From NCBI RefSeq assembly GCF_009914755.1, contig NC_060947.1: a stretch of DNA of 64,000 nt; one strand, written 5' to 3'. This DNA is from the human T2T-CHM13v2.0 reference genome, Homo sapiens. A model generated the notes under the pieces. The model saw nothing but the letters and a program-made list of their open reading frames with translations. It was not told the origin of the DNA and ran no database searches. Shown piece after piece: positions 18,942 to 36,934 of the stretch. Made by a program: the position numbers and the translations under genes. Each line of letters starts with the position of its first letter. Positions within the stretch are counted from its first letter, which is position 1.

Positions 18942-19028
18942 ACCCTTGAAACCAAACCCTTCTTGAAACTCTTGAAACCAAACCCTTCTTGACCAAACCC
19001 TTCTTGAAACTCTTGAACAAACCCTTCA
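18942..19028. repeat. Compound minisatellite of CCAAACCCTT / CTTGAAA modules
   Basis: AAACCCTTC occurs four times, interleaved with CTTGA(AA). Confidence 0.85.
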
Positions 19029-19668
19029 AAAAAGTAACGTTTTTCTTGTTTTCTTAAATGGTAATCAAACAGCAAGATTCTTAAAAATTCTCCGAGCTTT
19101 TCTGCTAACAGTACAATGCTCCAACAATTATGATATTGGATAATCTCCCTACCACTCCTTCTAACCACTGCCGACAGTTGCTCTTATGCTGTGGTTCTCA
19201 AAGTGTGGTCCCAGGACTAGTAGCAGCAGCAGCATCACCTGGGAACACGCCACCACGCCTGGCTAATTTTTGCATTTTTAGTAGAGATAGGGTTTCACCA
19301 TGTTGGCCAGGCTGGTCTTGAACTCCTGACCTCAAGTGATCCACTCGCCTCGGCCTCCCAAAGTGCTGGGATTACAGGCATGAGCCACCGCCCTCGGCCT
19401 GATATTTGAAGTTCTAAATAAAGAAATTTCTAACACAAGTACCCTGGCTAGGTACTCATCAACATCACGGATTTTCTTAGATAATTTCCCAGGGTCATCA
19501 CCTCAGGTTAGTGGGCAGAATTTCTCTTCTAAAGATCAGGAGTTCATCTTTGTTCCATCTCACTCCCCCTCTAATGACCTGTATTATTTCAAAATACACC
19601 ACCATCTTATTACTGCTTAAACTGCTTGGCAGCAGGCAATGTACAGGTGCCCAATTTCACCCAGTTAG

Positions 19669-20029
<361 letters not shown>

Positions 20030-20502
20030 TGACCGCAGCGTATGCAACAAGTATTTCTCTAGATGCTGATGAAACAGCAGTGAGCATGGCATAGTCCTGC
20101 CACTACAGAAGATCACAGCTACTGTCTGAGCATGTTTTCACTTAGCTCCATGGCCTGCTGTGGACCATGATTCATAAGGCAGATCGTTGCAGTAGGCAAA
20201 GCAGGGGTTTGAGGCAAAATGGACTTGGGGTCAAATTCCAGCTCTACCCAGTCAACTAGGACACTTGACAAGTTACTTTTCAGTTCTGCAAGTCTCCTTT
20301 GTCTCCTCTTTAGAAAGGATACAATAATAGTCATCTCACATGGTCTTTGCAAAGAGTACAGAGCATCACATCGAGCAGATATATACAGATATATAGTAAG
20401 TTCTACTTCCCTTTCCTTTCCCTAGAAAGGTAGAGGCCCTTTCAGTTTGGGCCTGATGCTCACCCTTTAACTTTAGGTCAAGTCTGTTTTCTTCATAACC
20501 AC

Positions 20503-20815
<313 letters not shown>

Positions 20816-21244
20816 TCAGCCACCTGGACTTTTATTTGGCATCCCTTGGATATATTGCTGGGTTGGTATTTCTGTGTGTGGTCTCCAGACCACTAACTTT
20901 AGAATCACCCTGACTATCTGTTTAAAATGCAGATGGCTTGCCTGGGCCCCATCCCAGATTTGGGAAGAAGGGAATGAAACAGGAAATCTGCTTGTTTAAC
21001 AAGCATACCAGGTGATTCTTTGTACACTAAAGCCTGGGAACAACAGCTTTGGCTGCTCTGTGCTACCTCCCCAACCTTGTTTTGCCTTTTTCAAAAGCAG
21101 CTCACACGAAAGCTTCCTAACTCTGCCTACTCTGCTCCTCACTTCACTCTATTGAAGGCTATTCTTATAGGAAGCACAGTGTCATGGTTGAGAGGTCAAG
21201 CTCTAAGACCAATAGGTTTGAGACCAAATCCCAACTTTACCACT

Positions 21245-21430
21245 TACCAATGGTTCTCCCAGTGTGATCCCTGGAGCAGTAGCATCACCTGGAAACTTGT
21301 TAGAGATGTAACTTCTTGGGCCCCACCCCAGTTGGACTGAATCAGAAACTCTAGGAGTGGAACCCAGCCATCTGGGTTTTAAGAAGCCCTCTAGTAGATT
21401 CTAATGCAGGCTCCAGTGTGAACCACTGCC
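21245..21430. mobile_element. MER5A inserted in a MIR
   Basis: TGGTTCTC..AGTGTG..CC..AGCATCACCTGGAAACTTGTTAGA..GAACCACTG. Confidence 0.75.
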
Positions 21431-21583
21431 ACTTAGTAGTGAATGACCTTGTGCAGATTCACAACTTCTCTAAACCTTCATTTCCTCATCTGTGAAATAC
21501 TAAAACTACTAATCACATAGAGTTGTGATAGTGAAATGACATGATACATATAAAGATCTTAATACATAGTAAGTACTTAATAA

Positions 21584-22099
<516 letters not shown>

Positions 22100-22886
22100 T
22101 AAAACAACACTCACTCCTACACAGCTGTCTATTTCTGTCTTCACTATTCCTCTTCCACCTGTCTGCAATACCTTTGCATCTTCTGCCCACACAGTCCAAA
22201 TCTTAGTTCTCCTAAAATGTCTGTTCTGCTCCCTCCCGGAAGTCTTGCATGATCACTCAGGCCAAATGAATCTGCCATTCTCTAAGAATCAGTTATCATC
22301 TGTGTTGCAGGTTTTAACCCCTAAGCACCTGCACACATGCTACTAATGTTTTTTATTTCACATCTAGTTGTCTTGTCTCTTGAAAAACAGATGGTACCTT
22401 ATAATTCTTTCCAAATCTCTTCCCTATCCATCCTCTGGCATAATGCTAAAGGGATGAATGAATGAACAAACTTCTATAGCACAACCCACTCTTTTTAAGG
22501 CACACTAGAAACTTTTTTTAAAAAATGCATACTTTTAAGAATGGCAATAATTATAGTAGCTTAGGTTTGTATATGCCTTCATGGTTTTAAAAATGCTTTG
22601 GTACTTTTGATGAATCTAGTTATCACAGAAACCTTGTGAGGTAGGTATTGTTATCCCTGTTTTAAGGAAACAGATTCAGATCTTTCTAGTGACTTGCCCA
22701 AGGCTGTAGAACTAACAAGTGACAAAGCTGGGGCTCAAACTCCCTGTATTCTGATGCATCTTTTTCTTGGCTCCTTTGGTTGGTCTGGTTTATCACTGCT
22801 AGTGTTTACCCTTCTTTACCCTTGCACTGCGTTATAATCTCTAAGTTCAACTCTCTGCTTGAAAGCAAGTGCTGCACAAATAATGA

Positions 22887-23202
<316 letters not shown>

Positions 23203-23264
23203 CCTTTCTGATACTTTAAAATGTCAAGACAGGGCCCATTTAAGACAAAGAAGTACAGCCTCAC

Positions 23265-23364
23265 CTGGTGTTCCTAAGCGGGCCTGAGCAATGGTCAGTT
23301 TTTCATGGGGTGCTTGACACTGGCAGTTGGTTTCATCAGCAAATGGGGCAGGTGCAGTCAGGGT
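23265..23364 (-). CDS. PCYT1B: PCYT1B coding exon 2 (100 nt, [33 protein letters not shown])
   Basis: Pyrimidine tract + TTCTAG acceptor, CAG|GTGAGG donor; phase 0 to 1; continues exon 1 in frame; too short for the ORF track. Confidence 0.96.
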
Positions 23365-24989
23365 CTAGAAGGGAGAAAAAGAAAGGGAATACAGTCTGAC
23401 AAACTTTCCTTTGGCACTAACTTCCTCTGAAGTTTTATTCCTGTTGGCTACACAGGTATGATTAAGAAGTCAAATATATCCACTGAGTCTCAGAGAAATA
23501 CTGTACTGTTAGACATAAAAATAGGGCATCATCACTGAAACCTTTTGGTTTGTTTTTTACTGATGCTTCAGAAATAACAAAAGCTCTTCAGTGTCTATAG
23601 TATGCCAGGTACTAGATGAGATACTCTGCTGTTATCTCTTTTAGGCTTCGCAGCACCCCGTGATGAATAGATACTTCTATCCTTCTAGAGCATAGGATAA
23701 TACTATCCCTATTTCACAAAAAGGAAACTGAGGCTCATTAGAGTTAAGAAATACGCCAAGTCATGCCCTTGGAAAGTCACAATGCCCAGCTTCGAACATT
23801 TCACAACCGAGGGCAGTCTTCAAACATTTAGACTCACCCACACCCAGGAGACTTGGCTGGAAAGAGTGCCATACTCAGAAGCGTGGCACGCCATCTCCTA
23901 TATTTCACACACACCAGCTTGGCCAATGACAAACTCTGATGTCTCTTTCAATGCAAAGGCCAAAGCTGTTATCTGTGCCTTGGGAAGGCTTAAAAGCACA
24001 GCAATTTGGGCAGGCTGCAGATGACTTCTCCTGTGGTAGCTTCAACAGCGACTAGCGGCTAGAGGCCCTGCCCCAGGCAGCTTGGGCTGGGGCTCTGGGG
24101 AACGCTGTGAGAAAGATGTAGTCACTTGGAAGCCTGCCCAGAAAGTGGCCCTGCATTTTTTAGTCAGCCTCTTAAAATGAAAACCTCACTCTCTCCAGAC
24201 AAAGCAAGCGGTGTTTTTGTAAACAAGGCAAATGCAATCCAGAGTTGTCCATTTGTAGTCTTTGAACTGTGCCGTGATTGCAGTCACCACTACATCATCT
24301 TTGTGATTTTTAAAGCTAAAGTGGATCAGTCATGGTAAACATTATTCACTGTGCTGTATCAATTGTTTCTTAGAGATGGAGACAGGTTAAGATGTGTTCC
24401 TTAACCTGGGGACACTAGACTGAAGAATGATCCATACATTTGGACAGGGGCTATGACTCACTTCTGCCATTTATTTATCCATTCACTCACTCATTCAAAT
24501 AAGTGGCAGGCACTATCTTGGAATCTGGGGATAGAAGTAGGGATAAGACCAATAATCCCTGCCCTTGGGGAGCCCCCATTCTCTGCACTGACGAGAACCG
24601 ATCCCTCCCCTGTCCCCATCCCCTCTCCCCATTGCAGTCCCTTCCACCCTAGAAGCTCAATGTTGTCTGGAGGCCTCCCAGTTATCTGAGATTTTCTTAG
24701 CCCTCACCTTCTCCTTCAGGGCTCTGGAAGCAAACCAAGACTTGGGACAAGGATTCAGGAAACTTGGGTTCACTATTCGTTCTTTTTCAGATACATTATG
24801 GCGACCTCATAGGCTGTGGTAGACCACAGTGGCATTTGTAATGTAGCAAAGGGGTGCAGTGACAAGAACAAAAACTCTGTATCCACAAACCCCGGGTTCA
24901 GATCCCCTCTCCAGCACTTACTAGCCATGTACTTTAATTTGGCTCTTCTGGTTGAAAGGAACTGACACTCACTAACAGACACTCACTAA

Positions 24990-25460
24990 CATTAGCTCAA
25001 AGGATGGAGGATTTCTTTTAAGACTACCCTGGAACTGAAACTGTGGAAAAGCAGGAAAGGGGCAGAATGTGGCCCCAGAGAAGGTGCTCTGCACCAACTT
25101 GGCTGCTCTCTGCACATGATCCTTTCTGTCCCACCCCCACTGACTCCATTTCCTTCCACTGCATTAAAGCCGCTGCTTGCTTTCCACTGCCCCACAGCTT
25201 CAGCTCTAATAGGCCGGCCCATCATGGCCTCCTCAGCCTCTCTTCACAACACTCATTTAACAACTTTCCATTGTGCCTTTCAGCCCTAGACTCCTACCAA
25301 CTTATTGACTCTTTCCATGTTTCCCAATTCAAATTCCTAAGGGAGAATCTGATTGGCCAAGTTCATCTTTTCAAATCAGGCCTTAACCAGGATTGGCTGG
25401 CGTTCGGTCAGGCGCCCACCCTGGGGCCCAACAGATGTGGTGAGGAAAGTCATGAGTGAC
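24990..25460. mobile_element. Old MLT1J/K-like LTR
   Basis: GGGAGAATCTGATTGGCC...GGTCAGGCGCCCACCCTGG motifs. Confidence 0.45.
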
Positions 25461-25712
25461 CCACCACTACCACTTCAGGAGGAGCTATACTTGAGGCAGG
25501 AAATATTTTTGACTTTGTGTGCTTAAAAGCAAGTTCCTTAACTTATTTGAACCTCAGTTTCATCTATAAAATGGGCTATTCATTTTGCAAGGCTGTTGTG
25601 AAAAGCAGAGATAATATGTGTAACATACCTGGTACTTAATAAACTGTAGCTATTATTACTGCTATTATTATTCACTATTATATATAATATGATATAATAA
25701 TAGATAATATAG

Positions 25713-25934
<222 letters not shown>

Positions 25935-27641
25935 TGAATGGACTTTTAGCACACAACCCAAATGGATAAATGGATTGGCAAGTGGGATTAGCTTACATTA
26001 ATGATTCATTACCTTTTAATATATGTGGGCAATGAACCTTTTTCACATGACCTAAAATAAATTACTATTTGGAGATCTTGTATGTGCTACTCACAAAGTT
26101 TATTAAAGAGGAGATAAGGTGTTGCCATTTTCCAAGAATGGTGTGTTCTTGATGGTGTGAAATCTGGTAATTAAAACAGAGATAGGGAACGTTGTAAAGC
26201 AACAATAGTTACTCAAAGGGGAAGAAAAGGTTTATATGCACCGTGCATTTTGTTCTTAATTATTATGGCCTAGAAGTAGGAAAGAAGGAGAAACAAAGAG
26301 ATGGAAGGCAGAGAGAATTCCTAAATGTGCGAATGTGTTTGTGTTTGCATGTGTGCACAGGTGACTATCTTTAACAGCAGTTGATATGGAGAAGAGCTAT
26401 TTCTTGTTATGTATAAAGCAATGTGCTCAGAATGGGGAGAATGAAAAAATAAATGAGCCACAGCCTTGCTGTCCAGAACATTGCTTTCTAAAGCACAGCA
26501 GGGTACTTCTTGAGTTGATCAAGCTCTGCATTCAGGAAGACTTTGGTTAAGGCCCAGCTACTACCAACCAGCCCGGTGACCTGAGACAATGTTTTTTCAG
26601 TCCAAACACACCAGATTACAATTAAAAAAAAACTCCTTCTCTGAGCCAGAACAAATCATTTGCTTTATAAAAAATTCTATGCTCCTTAGGTTCTGTCTCT
26701 TCCATATACTAGAGGCAGATCAACTTCAGGACAATGTGAGTAAGATAGAGGCTTCTGGGAGGGGCAGGAACTGAACTAACTTCACCATTTGCCAAAGCTG
26801 AGATGCTTCCAGGGATCCTCTGGTGTAGACCCTACATAAAACTAAGGCCTGATAACATAAGGTAATAGCTAAATCTTTGAGTACCTACTTAGTGCCATGT
26901 ATCCATCGATATACTAAGCACTTTAAATGTATTTGCTCATTTAATTTGTACAACACCTCTGTGAGGTAGATATTATCTTCACTGAACCAGTCTTCAAGGT
27001 GACACCAAGTGACAGCAAGAAGCAACAGCAGTGGTAGATCCCTCAAACTCAGTTACCTTTTTGGCTCCCTGTGAGCTGAGGAAACCCTCAGGATTTTTAG
27101 ACTATAGGGATGGAAAAACCTCGAAAAGGGGATACATGATTTCCTGATAGAGAAGGGGTAACTCAAACAATTAACTGAAGAAATAAAAGCATGTAACCAT
27201 ATTTTTGGCCAGACTTAATGAAGTAGGTCAAATGACTTGCTTGTAGTTATTTGCAAGCCTCAGGTTAGACTTTAAATCAGCCAGATCACATTTTGTAGTG
27301 TTTATTAGCACATGATACATGTTTAATATGATGCTAGGGGTTTGGAGGATAGAGAAATGGAGGAGAGAGATAAGAAAGGCAGGAACAGAATTGGCTTTGC
27401 AGCAGCAATCTTCTAAAGTGAAGAATGACCGTTTTAGAATGGGAGAAGGTATTCGTTTGAAAGGGCATGTTCATGTTCATGTTCAGTTTTCAATAACGTC
27501 AGATTTGGGGAAAACCACTACTCTTTTGAGCATGAAAATCATAGAAACTAAGCTTCTGAACTTGTGAAGATCACAGAAGACAGACTATGCTCTTCTAGAG
27601 AGCCATATTCCAAATTTGGGGTTTGGTTGGCACATGAGATT

Positions 27642-27644
<3 letters not shown>

Positions 27645-27686
<42 letters not shown>
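27645..27686. repeat. (TA)n microsatellite
   Basis: About 21 units. Confidence 0.95.
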
Positions 27687-27688
<2 letters not shown>

Positions 27689-27720
27689 CTTTAAATTCTA
27701 GGGTACATGTGCACAACGTG
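27687..27720 (-). mobile_element. 34-bp extreme 3' end of a primate L1PA with a (TA)n tail
   Basis: ACTTTAAATTCTAGGGTACATGTGCACAACGTG is the antisense L1PA terminus; adjoins (TA)n 27645-27686. Confidence 0.75.
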
Positions 27721-28255
27721 TTTAGCAGAAGACAGCAAGGATCATAAAGGGTTAAGAAGCCCTGGCCCAGTGCCCTGGACCTCACATATGCAAGGGCCTT
27801 GCCAGACCACAGACTTGGAGCTAGGTTGCAATAAAACTTCTTTCTACCTAATTGAAGATTTCAAAATACTCAGTCATTACAAGGTGAATATGTTACCCAT
27901 TTGTCACATAAGTTCTGGTTATATAAACTATGCCATAGAATCATACCAAAGCCACATTTCATCAGGCTTTTAAAGAAGACATTATATGTTGAGCATTTCA
28001 TGTATAGAATCTCTTCAGTTGGACATTGTCAAATATTTACTTAAAACAAAAGCTATTAGGTACTGGACAATGGACAATGCAAATATTACTTAAGTGCAAA
28101 AAAATGGTTGCTAGAACCTGCACTTATGCAATGTACATCGCTGACTGACAACTGGACCAATCAGACAACAAGCTAATCAACCAATCAGAACTTAGCACAG
28201 TACTGCTGATGGTGATAGGCCAACTGCAGAGTTGCTTGTTTAAGCTAAGCTATAC

Positions 28256-28556
<301 letters not shown>

Positions 28557-28751
28557 AAGCTAAGCTATTCTTAACTCCAGTGGGGCAATCCCGTCAGACA
28601 GGCCTGAGTTCAAATCCTACCTCCATTATTTAATATCCCTTTCCTATTTTTACATTTGATTTTTAGCAAATTGCTGGTTCTTAACCTCTCAAGCCTTAGT
28701 ATCCTTGTTTATGAAAGGAGGATAAGCTGTTGTGAGGATTAACTAAAAGAA

Positions 28752-29262
28752 TGTGTGGGTAATAAATATCTTCCCTTTTGCCTCTCCAGAATCCACTCTC
28801 TTTCTACCCTTCTCTATGCTTTTCCTCTACTCTTTTCTGTATGGCTTCCCCAATGGACTGCACCAATGGGATCTCTGCCTCCTGCTTCCAGTTGGTTGGG
28901 AAGCGTGCAAAACAGTGGAGGTCAGGACAAGAGTGAGCTCAGGGTATTTGTCTCCCTGGCTTCCTCTCTGCTAGGAAGCAGTGTGTTGGTTCTGTCCTTT
29001 TACCAAAATTCACAGCTTCTGTGAGGGGGTCCTCTTTATAGAGCTGTCTGTGTGAGGTTCTGGTAACCACACTCACCCCTTGCCCCTACCAGCCTGGGGG
29101 ATGGCAATCCCCCATTGTTTCTAGGCCAAGGATACTATACTATTCCTTGAGGTTTCCTTAAACCCTGCCCATACCTTTGTAAGTATTACCTTTATTAAAC
29201 TCTCTTTCAATTTCACCTTTAGAGTGAGCCATCTGTGTCTTGACAGAGCCTTGGTTAATACC
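28752..29262. mobile_element. ERVL LTR (LTR16/LTR33-like)
   Basis: TG start; TTTATTAAACTCTC...GCCATCTGT...TAATAC end. Confidence 0.5.
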
Positions 29263-30118
29263 GTGTCTATAACAGTTTGTCAGGCTCAAACATTAGCTAG
29301 AAAATGCTGATGAGGTATGTTAGAAGCATAGAAATCAATTGAAAAGTGAATTACCCAGAGTAACTAAAGTTATAACCATCTCAAGAATGTCTCTGGTAGA
29401 AAAGAATTTTACAAAGACAGAACATTTTAATCAGGATATGCAAAAAAAGATAAGAACAGGACTTCAGAAAGAATCTACTTCTTCCAGGTAGGCCTTTTGC
29501 TGTGAAACTCATCAGCTTTAGAACCACAAATTCAGAATTACAAAAAGACATCACAAAATCTAATCCAGCAGCCTCATACTGTTAGGTTTATATTTACTTG
29601 TTTCTGAACATATTTTTAAAACCTTATTTATTGTGGAGTCAGAATATTTTGTCTTTTGAAGATAGAGAGGACAGAAAAAAATAGATAATATAGTTAACCA
29701 TGGGCCCAACACACACGAATCACTGGATTCTTAGACTGTGTCACTGATTATGTAGACTCTTAAATCAGGCAGCTGGTGCAAAGTCATCACCAATAAATGT
29801 CACTGGAGAGAAGAAAAAAGAGGCCCAGTATGTGGTTCAGCACCAAGAAATATCCATTTTTTTCATTTAGTTATGTATGGAATGTACATGTTATAAGTAA
29901 CAGGCACCATTGAAAACAGCAAGACAGATACGTATGTACTGACAGGGAATTATATCTAAGACATTTTGTTGAATGCAAAAAGCAAGTCACAAAGCAATAT
30001 GTATAATATGTATGTATACATGCTATCTAGTATGATGTCATTTATAGTAAAAAGAGAGAGAAGGGGGAAGAGAGAGAAAAAGAAGAAAAGAGAGAGGTAA
30101 TTGTGTAGAAATAGTTTA

Positions 30119-30437
<319 letters not shown>

Positions 30438-30439
30438 TT

Positions 30440-30651
30440 AGAACTGTGCTAATATGGTAGCCATTAGTCACATGGGGCTATTTAAATTCAAATTATAATT
30501 AATTAAAATTAAATAAAATTAAAAGTAGTTTGTCATTCACATTAGCCACATTTCAGGTGCTCAATAACCCATGTGACTACTGGGTACTATACTGGGCAAT
30601 GCAGATATAGAACATTTCTATCATCACAGAAAGTTCTACTGGACAGCACTG
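30440..30651. mobile_element. MER3 (hAT-Charlie)
   Basis: AATATGGTAGCCA..AGTCACATG...AGAAAGTTCTACTGGACAGCACTG. Confidence 0.8.
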
Positions 30652-31067
30652 GACTTGAATGATACACATTGAATTGTTAATTGGGGTTACCTCTTGGGAA
30701 GGAGATAATATTTTGAGAGAAGAGATGAAGAGATTTCATTGTTTATTCCATATATGTCTGTCATTTTGTTTTATTTTTAAAATGAGAATGCATTCATGCA
30801 ATGTTCATAATGCAAAAATAAATTTAAAGAAATATCTCCTCTCCTTTAAATTCAGAGATGCAGAAAATTTAATCAAGGCTCAGGTCTCCCAAATGTAGCA
30901 GGGATGGGGGAGGGAGGTCTATATTAAGAAAAGAGGAGTATTTTGAAAAATAAAAACTATTATCCAGAAATTAACTGTTAAATGATATGATTTGCAGGTA
31001 TATGGAATATTTAAAACTCATTTGAGCTTTAAAAAATTTTTAAATTACTTTCATGGTATCTACCCGT

Positions 31068-32480
<1,413 letters not shown>

Positions 32481-32739
32481 GAAGAGAGGTCCAGGTCATC
32501 AGATGAGGAAACATTGTATATTTAAGCTCCGTCTCTCCCTGCTATTAGGGAAGCTCTAAGAAAGCAAGGACTTGGTCTGTCTACTCATTGCTATATCCCT
32601 ATTCCCCAGGGCAGTACCTGGCATATAGAAGGTCCTTAAGAATATTTGCTGAATGGGGGAATTTAAAGTCACAGGAGTGAGAATGATAATTGATAAAGAC
32701 AAATACAGACTTTAAACTCAATAATAAAATAAATATATT

Positions 32740-33485
32740 TGTCAATCTTTCATAGCTTTTTCTTATCATCATCATAATATATATTATAGAAAATTTGGGA
32801 AAGTTAAGAGAGGAAAATAAAAGTCACCAATAATTCTTTCTACTTCCCAGAGACAACTATAGTTAACTCCTTCTATATTTCATTTTAGGCTTTCTGGTAT
32901 GACATATATACATATTAACAAGTTTGGAATCTTGCCGGATAGACAGTTTTTTTCACTCAATATATCATGATTATCTTATCATGTCACTTAAATAGTTTTC
33001 AACCTCACTAATTTTGATAGCTGTAAAACATTTCACTGAAAAAGAACCGTAATTTAAATACTTCTCCATCATTGAATATTAAATTATTTATACTTTACTA
33101 ATATAAATAACATGCTAAACATAATTCTGAACCTCTGATTATTTCCTTATAACAGATGCCTAGAAACTGAATTACTTAGATCAGGGGTATGAACATTTTA
33201 AAGATAAATATTTGAAGAACATTTCAACATGTATTGGTAAATTGCCTCCTACAAAAGCTGTATCATTTATACTCACATTACAACGTATGAAAGCACCTAT
33301 CTTGCTGCCATCTCACTGGCATTGAGTATTACCTTTGTCAATTTTATAGACCAAAAAATGGTAGCATGCTGTTTCAATTTGCATTATTTTGATTACAAAA
33401 AGATTGAACATTTTTCAAATGTTTATTGGCCATTTGTATTTTCTTCAGAGAATAATCTGTCCTTTGCCTATTTTTCTATTGTTGA
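32740..33485 (-). mobile_element. Old L1ME-like fragment
   Basis: TTTCAATTTGCATT...GTTTATTGGCCATTTGTATTTTCTTC antisense ORF2/3' motifs. Confidence 0.6.
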
Positions 33486-33571
33486 GAATAAGTATCTTGA
33501 AGTTGGTTAAAACTAAAACAAGAGCACAGTTTAAAAATTATCTTAAATATCTTTTAAAAACACATTTTCCA

Positions 33572-33846
33572 GGCTGGGCTCAGTAGCTCACGCTTGTAAT
33601 CCCAGCTCGTTGGGAGGCAGAGGCAGGCAGATCGCCTGAGTTCAGGAGTTCGAGAGCAGCCTGGGCAACATGGCGAAACCCTCTCTCTATGAAAAATTAG
33701 CTAGGCATGGTGGTGTACGCCTGTAGTCCCAGCTACTCTGGAGGCTGAGGTGGGAGGATTGCTTGGTCCCCGGAGGTCAAGCCTGCAGTAAGCTGTGATT
33801 GCATGCCACTGCACTCCAGCCTGGGTGAAAGAGTGAGACCCTGTCT

Positions 33847-33880
<34 letters not shown>
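33572..33880 (+). mobile_element. Alu (J-type)
   Basis: Full dimer, long A tail. Confidence 0.9.
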
Positions 33881-34516
33881 AACACGTATTTTCCAACTTT
33901 ATTTAGAGTTCCCACATAATAAGTTCATTTTTTAAACCAGTAAACCAGTGCCTGAATGCTCACATCTAGGTCAGCTTAGTACATACTGCCCTTTTGGTGA
34001 TCAGAGATCAGAATTTTTATTATGCCCTGGAGATACAGGCTTCCTTAAAACACTGACCACTTATAAACCAAACTCCATCTCATGCGGCCACTTTCCAACC
34101 TCACAGCAGTGAGTGAATATCAAATAGCTAGAAGACTCATAGTACTATAAGTAAAGTCACATTTCATTGATTCTAAAATGTACATTTCTCCCCACATTTT
34201 AGCATCTCTGAGAGTAGGAGGGATCTTACAATAGATATTATCTTAAAATCAGTGTTGGCCATTTTTTCACATTGTAACACCATTGAAATGGAAGTGCAAC
34301 TTACCATGAATAGCCTCTTAGACTCATTAAATGCATAGATGCTATTAACAATAGAAAACAATCTTTACCAAGATATAAAAATTCCACATTCTAAATAATT
34401 TTTTCTTAGATAATTGAATTTAAGTTTATAGTGAACATCAATAACAATGTTATATCATATTCATATTCCACCTCCTTCCCCAAAGAACTTGAGGTGATTT
34501 TAAAAATAAAATTTGA

Positions 34517-34882
<366 letters not shown>

Positions 34883-35142
34883 CAAAATATGTTTGTTTTC
34901 TAAAGGTCAGGGGTGAAATGAGCCCAAAGAAATGCATATCACAGTCCTCTATATTTCAAAAAGGTAAGACTACAAAAATGGCTTTAAGCTCCCAGTAGTC
35001 ACAGCAAAGAGGAAAACAAAGTTAATGTTGTCCTTAAGCACAAAGCAAAATAGCTATTGAGGAAAAAGCACAGCATTTTCCTGATGCTGAGTTCTGAGAG
35101 AAATTCCTCCCGTGGTGCCACCTTAAAGGGTATGATGGGTAA

Positions 35143-35510
<368 letters not shown>

Positions 35511-35944
35511 AGAAAGTCCTGTTTTTTTATGTTTGTCTCCATAGTGCCTTCCATGTAAGGCAGAACCCCAGCACCAAAAAGTGGTTCAGAAAAGCATTTT
35601 CTTTAAGGGGCCAAACGAACGTGCACCCTGAAAATACAGTTTTTTTCTCCCTGATGGTTGGATCCAATGGTAAGATTTAGAATGCCTAAACCAATGTTTT
35701 CTAATGTGGGATGGGCAAGACAATCCATTAGACAGCAACACTTGTGTTTATACCTCAGATCCTTGAATAATGTCATTTTGTTCGATGACCTTTCATTATA
35801 ACGTGGATGAGAAAAAAAAAATATTTTGGTTCCAGGTCAGGGCTACTGTCCGTGAAGCATTTTCGCATTCTCCTCATATCTGTGTGGGTTTTCTCTGGGT
35901 ACTCTGGTTTCCTCCCACATCCCAAAGATGTACACAGCAGGTTA

Positions 35945-36232
<288 letters not shown>

Positions 36233-36493
36233 ATTGTCCCAGTGTTATGAATGTGTTGTGTGTGTGAGTGTGCCCTGCGATGGGATGGTGTCCTGTTCAG
36301 GTCTGGTTCCCACCAGGTGCCCTGAGGTGCCAGGATAGGTCCCAGTCACCCATTACCCTGAACTGGAATAAGCTGGCAAATAATTATCTTGTTTTTATTA
36401 GTCTTTCTTAAATGTATACATAGCTCACATGTATTTCAATGTTGAATGATACTAGCAGTGTTTTGGTCTTTATTTAGAAGTGTGGTGGTGTTG

Positions 36494-36934
36494 AAGTGGC
36501 TTCTTTCTCAGTATAGTTATTGATTTGTGGTGACATGCCTGAATCAGCCAAGTCTGTTCCTGCTCCAAAGAAGGGTGCCAAGAAGGTGGTGTGACCAAGA
36601 GCCAGAAGGATGGCAAGAATCACAAGCATAGCCACAAGGAAAGCTACTCTATCTACATTTACAAGGTATTGAAGCAGGTCCATCTCAACTCTGGCATCTC
36701 ATCGAAGGCCATGGGCATCATGAACTCATTTGTCAATATCTTCAAGTGCATCATTCCTGATGCATTACAAGTACTCGACGATCACCTCCAGGGAGATCCA
36801 TACAGCTTGTGCCTGCTGCCTAGGGAGATGGCCAATCACACTGTGTCTCACAACACCAAGGCCCTCACCAAGTACACCAGCTCCAAGTGAACAACTTCTA
36901 CTTTCAAAAAGCAAAGGCTCTTTTCAGAGCCACT
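36494..36934 (+). pseudogene. Histone H2B retro-pseudogene (canonical replication-dependent type) with short 5' UTR and intact 3' stem-loop
   Basis: ATG 36535 [18 protein letters not shown], frameshift with early TGA, then ...[16 protein letters not shown]...[13 protein letters not shown]...KYTSSK stop 36888-36890; further indels; GGCTCTTTTCAGAGCC stem-loop 36916-36931. Confidence 0.95.

Noticed and set aside
18942-19028. CRISPR-like repeat array
   Set aside because: Eukaryotic context, no unique spacers, no cas genes
24965-24992. GACACTCACTAACA x2 containing a branch-point-like CACTAAC
   Set aside because: On the non-transcribed strand for PCYT1B, at a repeat junction; a trivial 14-bp duplication
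33983-34000. CTCF-like motif ACTGCCCTTTTGGTGA
   Set aside because: Several core mismatches; not supportable without ChIP data
36591-36890. 99-aa H2B-like ORF as a functional histone variant
   Set aside because: Starts at GTG; the real ATG frame stops after 19 codons; the middle is shifted out of frame by indels and histone-fold residues are lost
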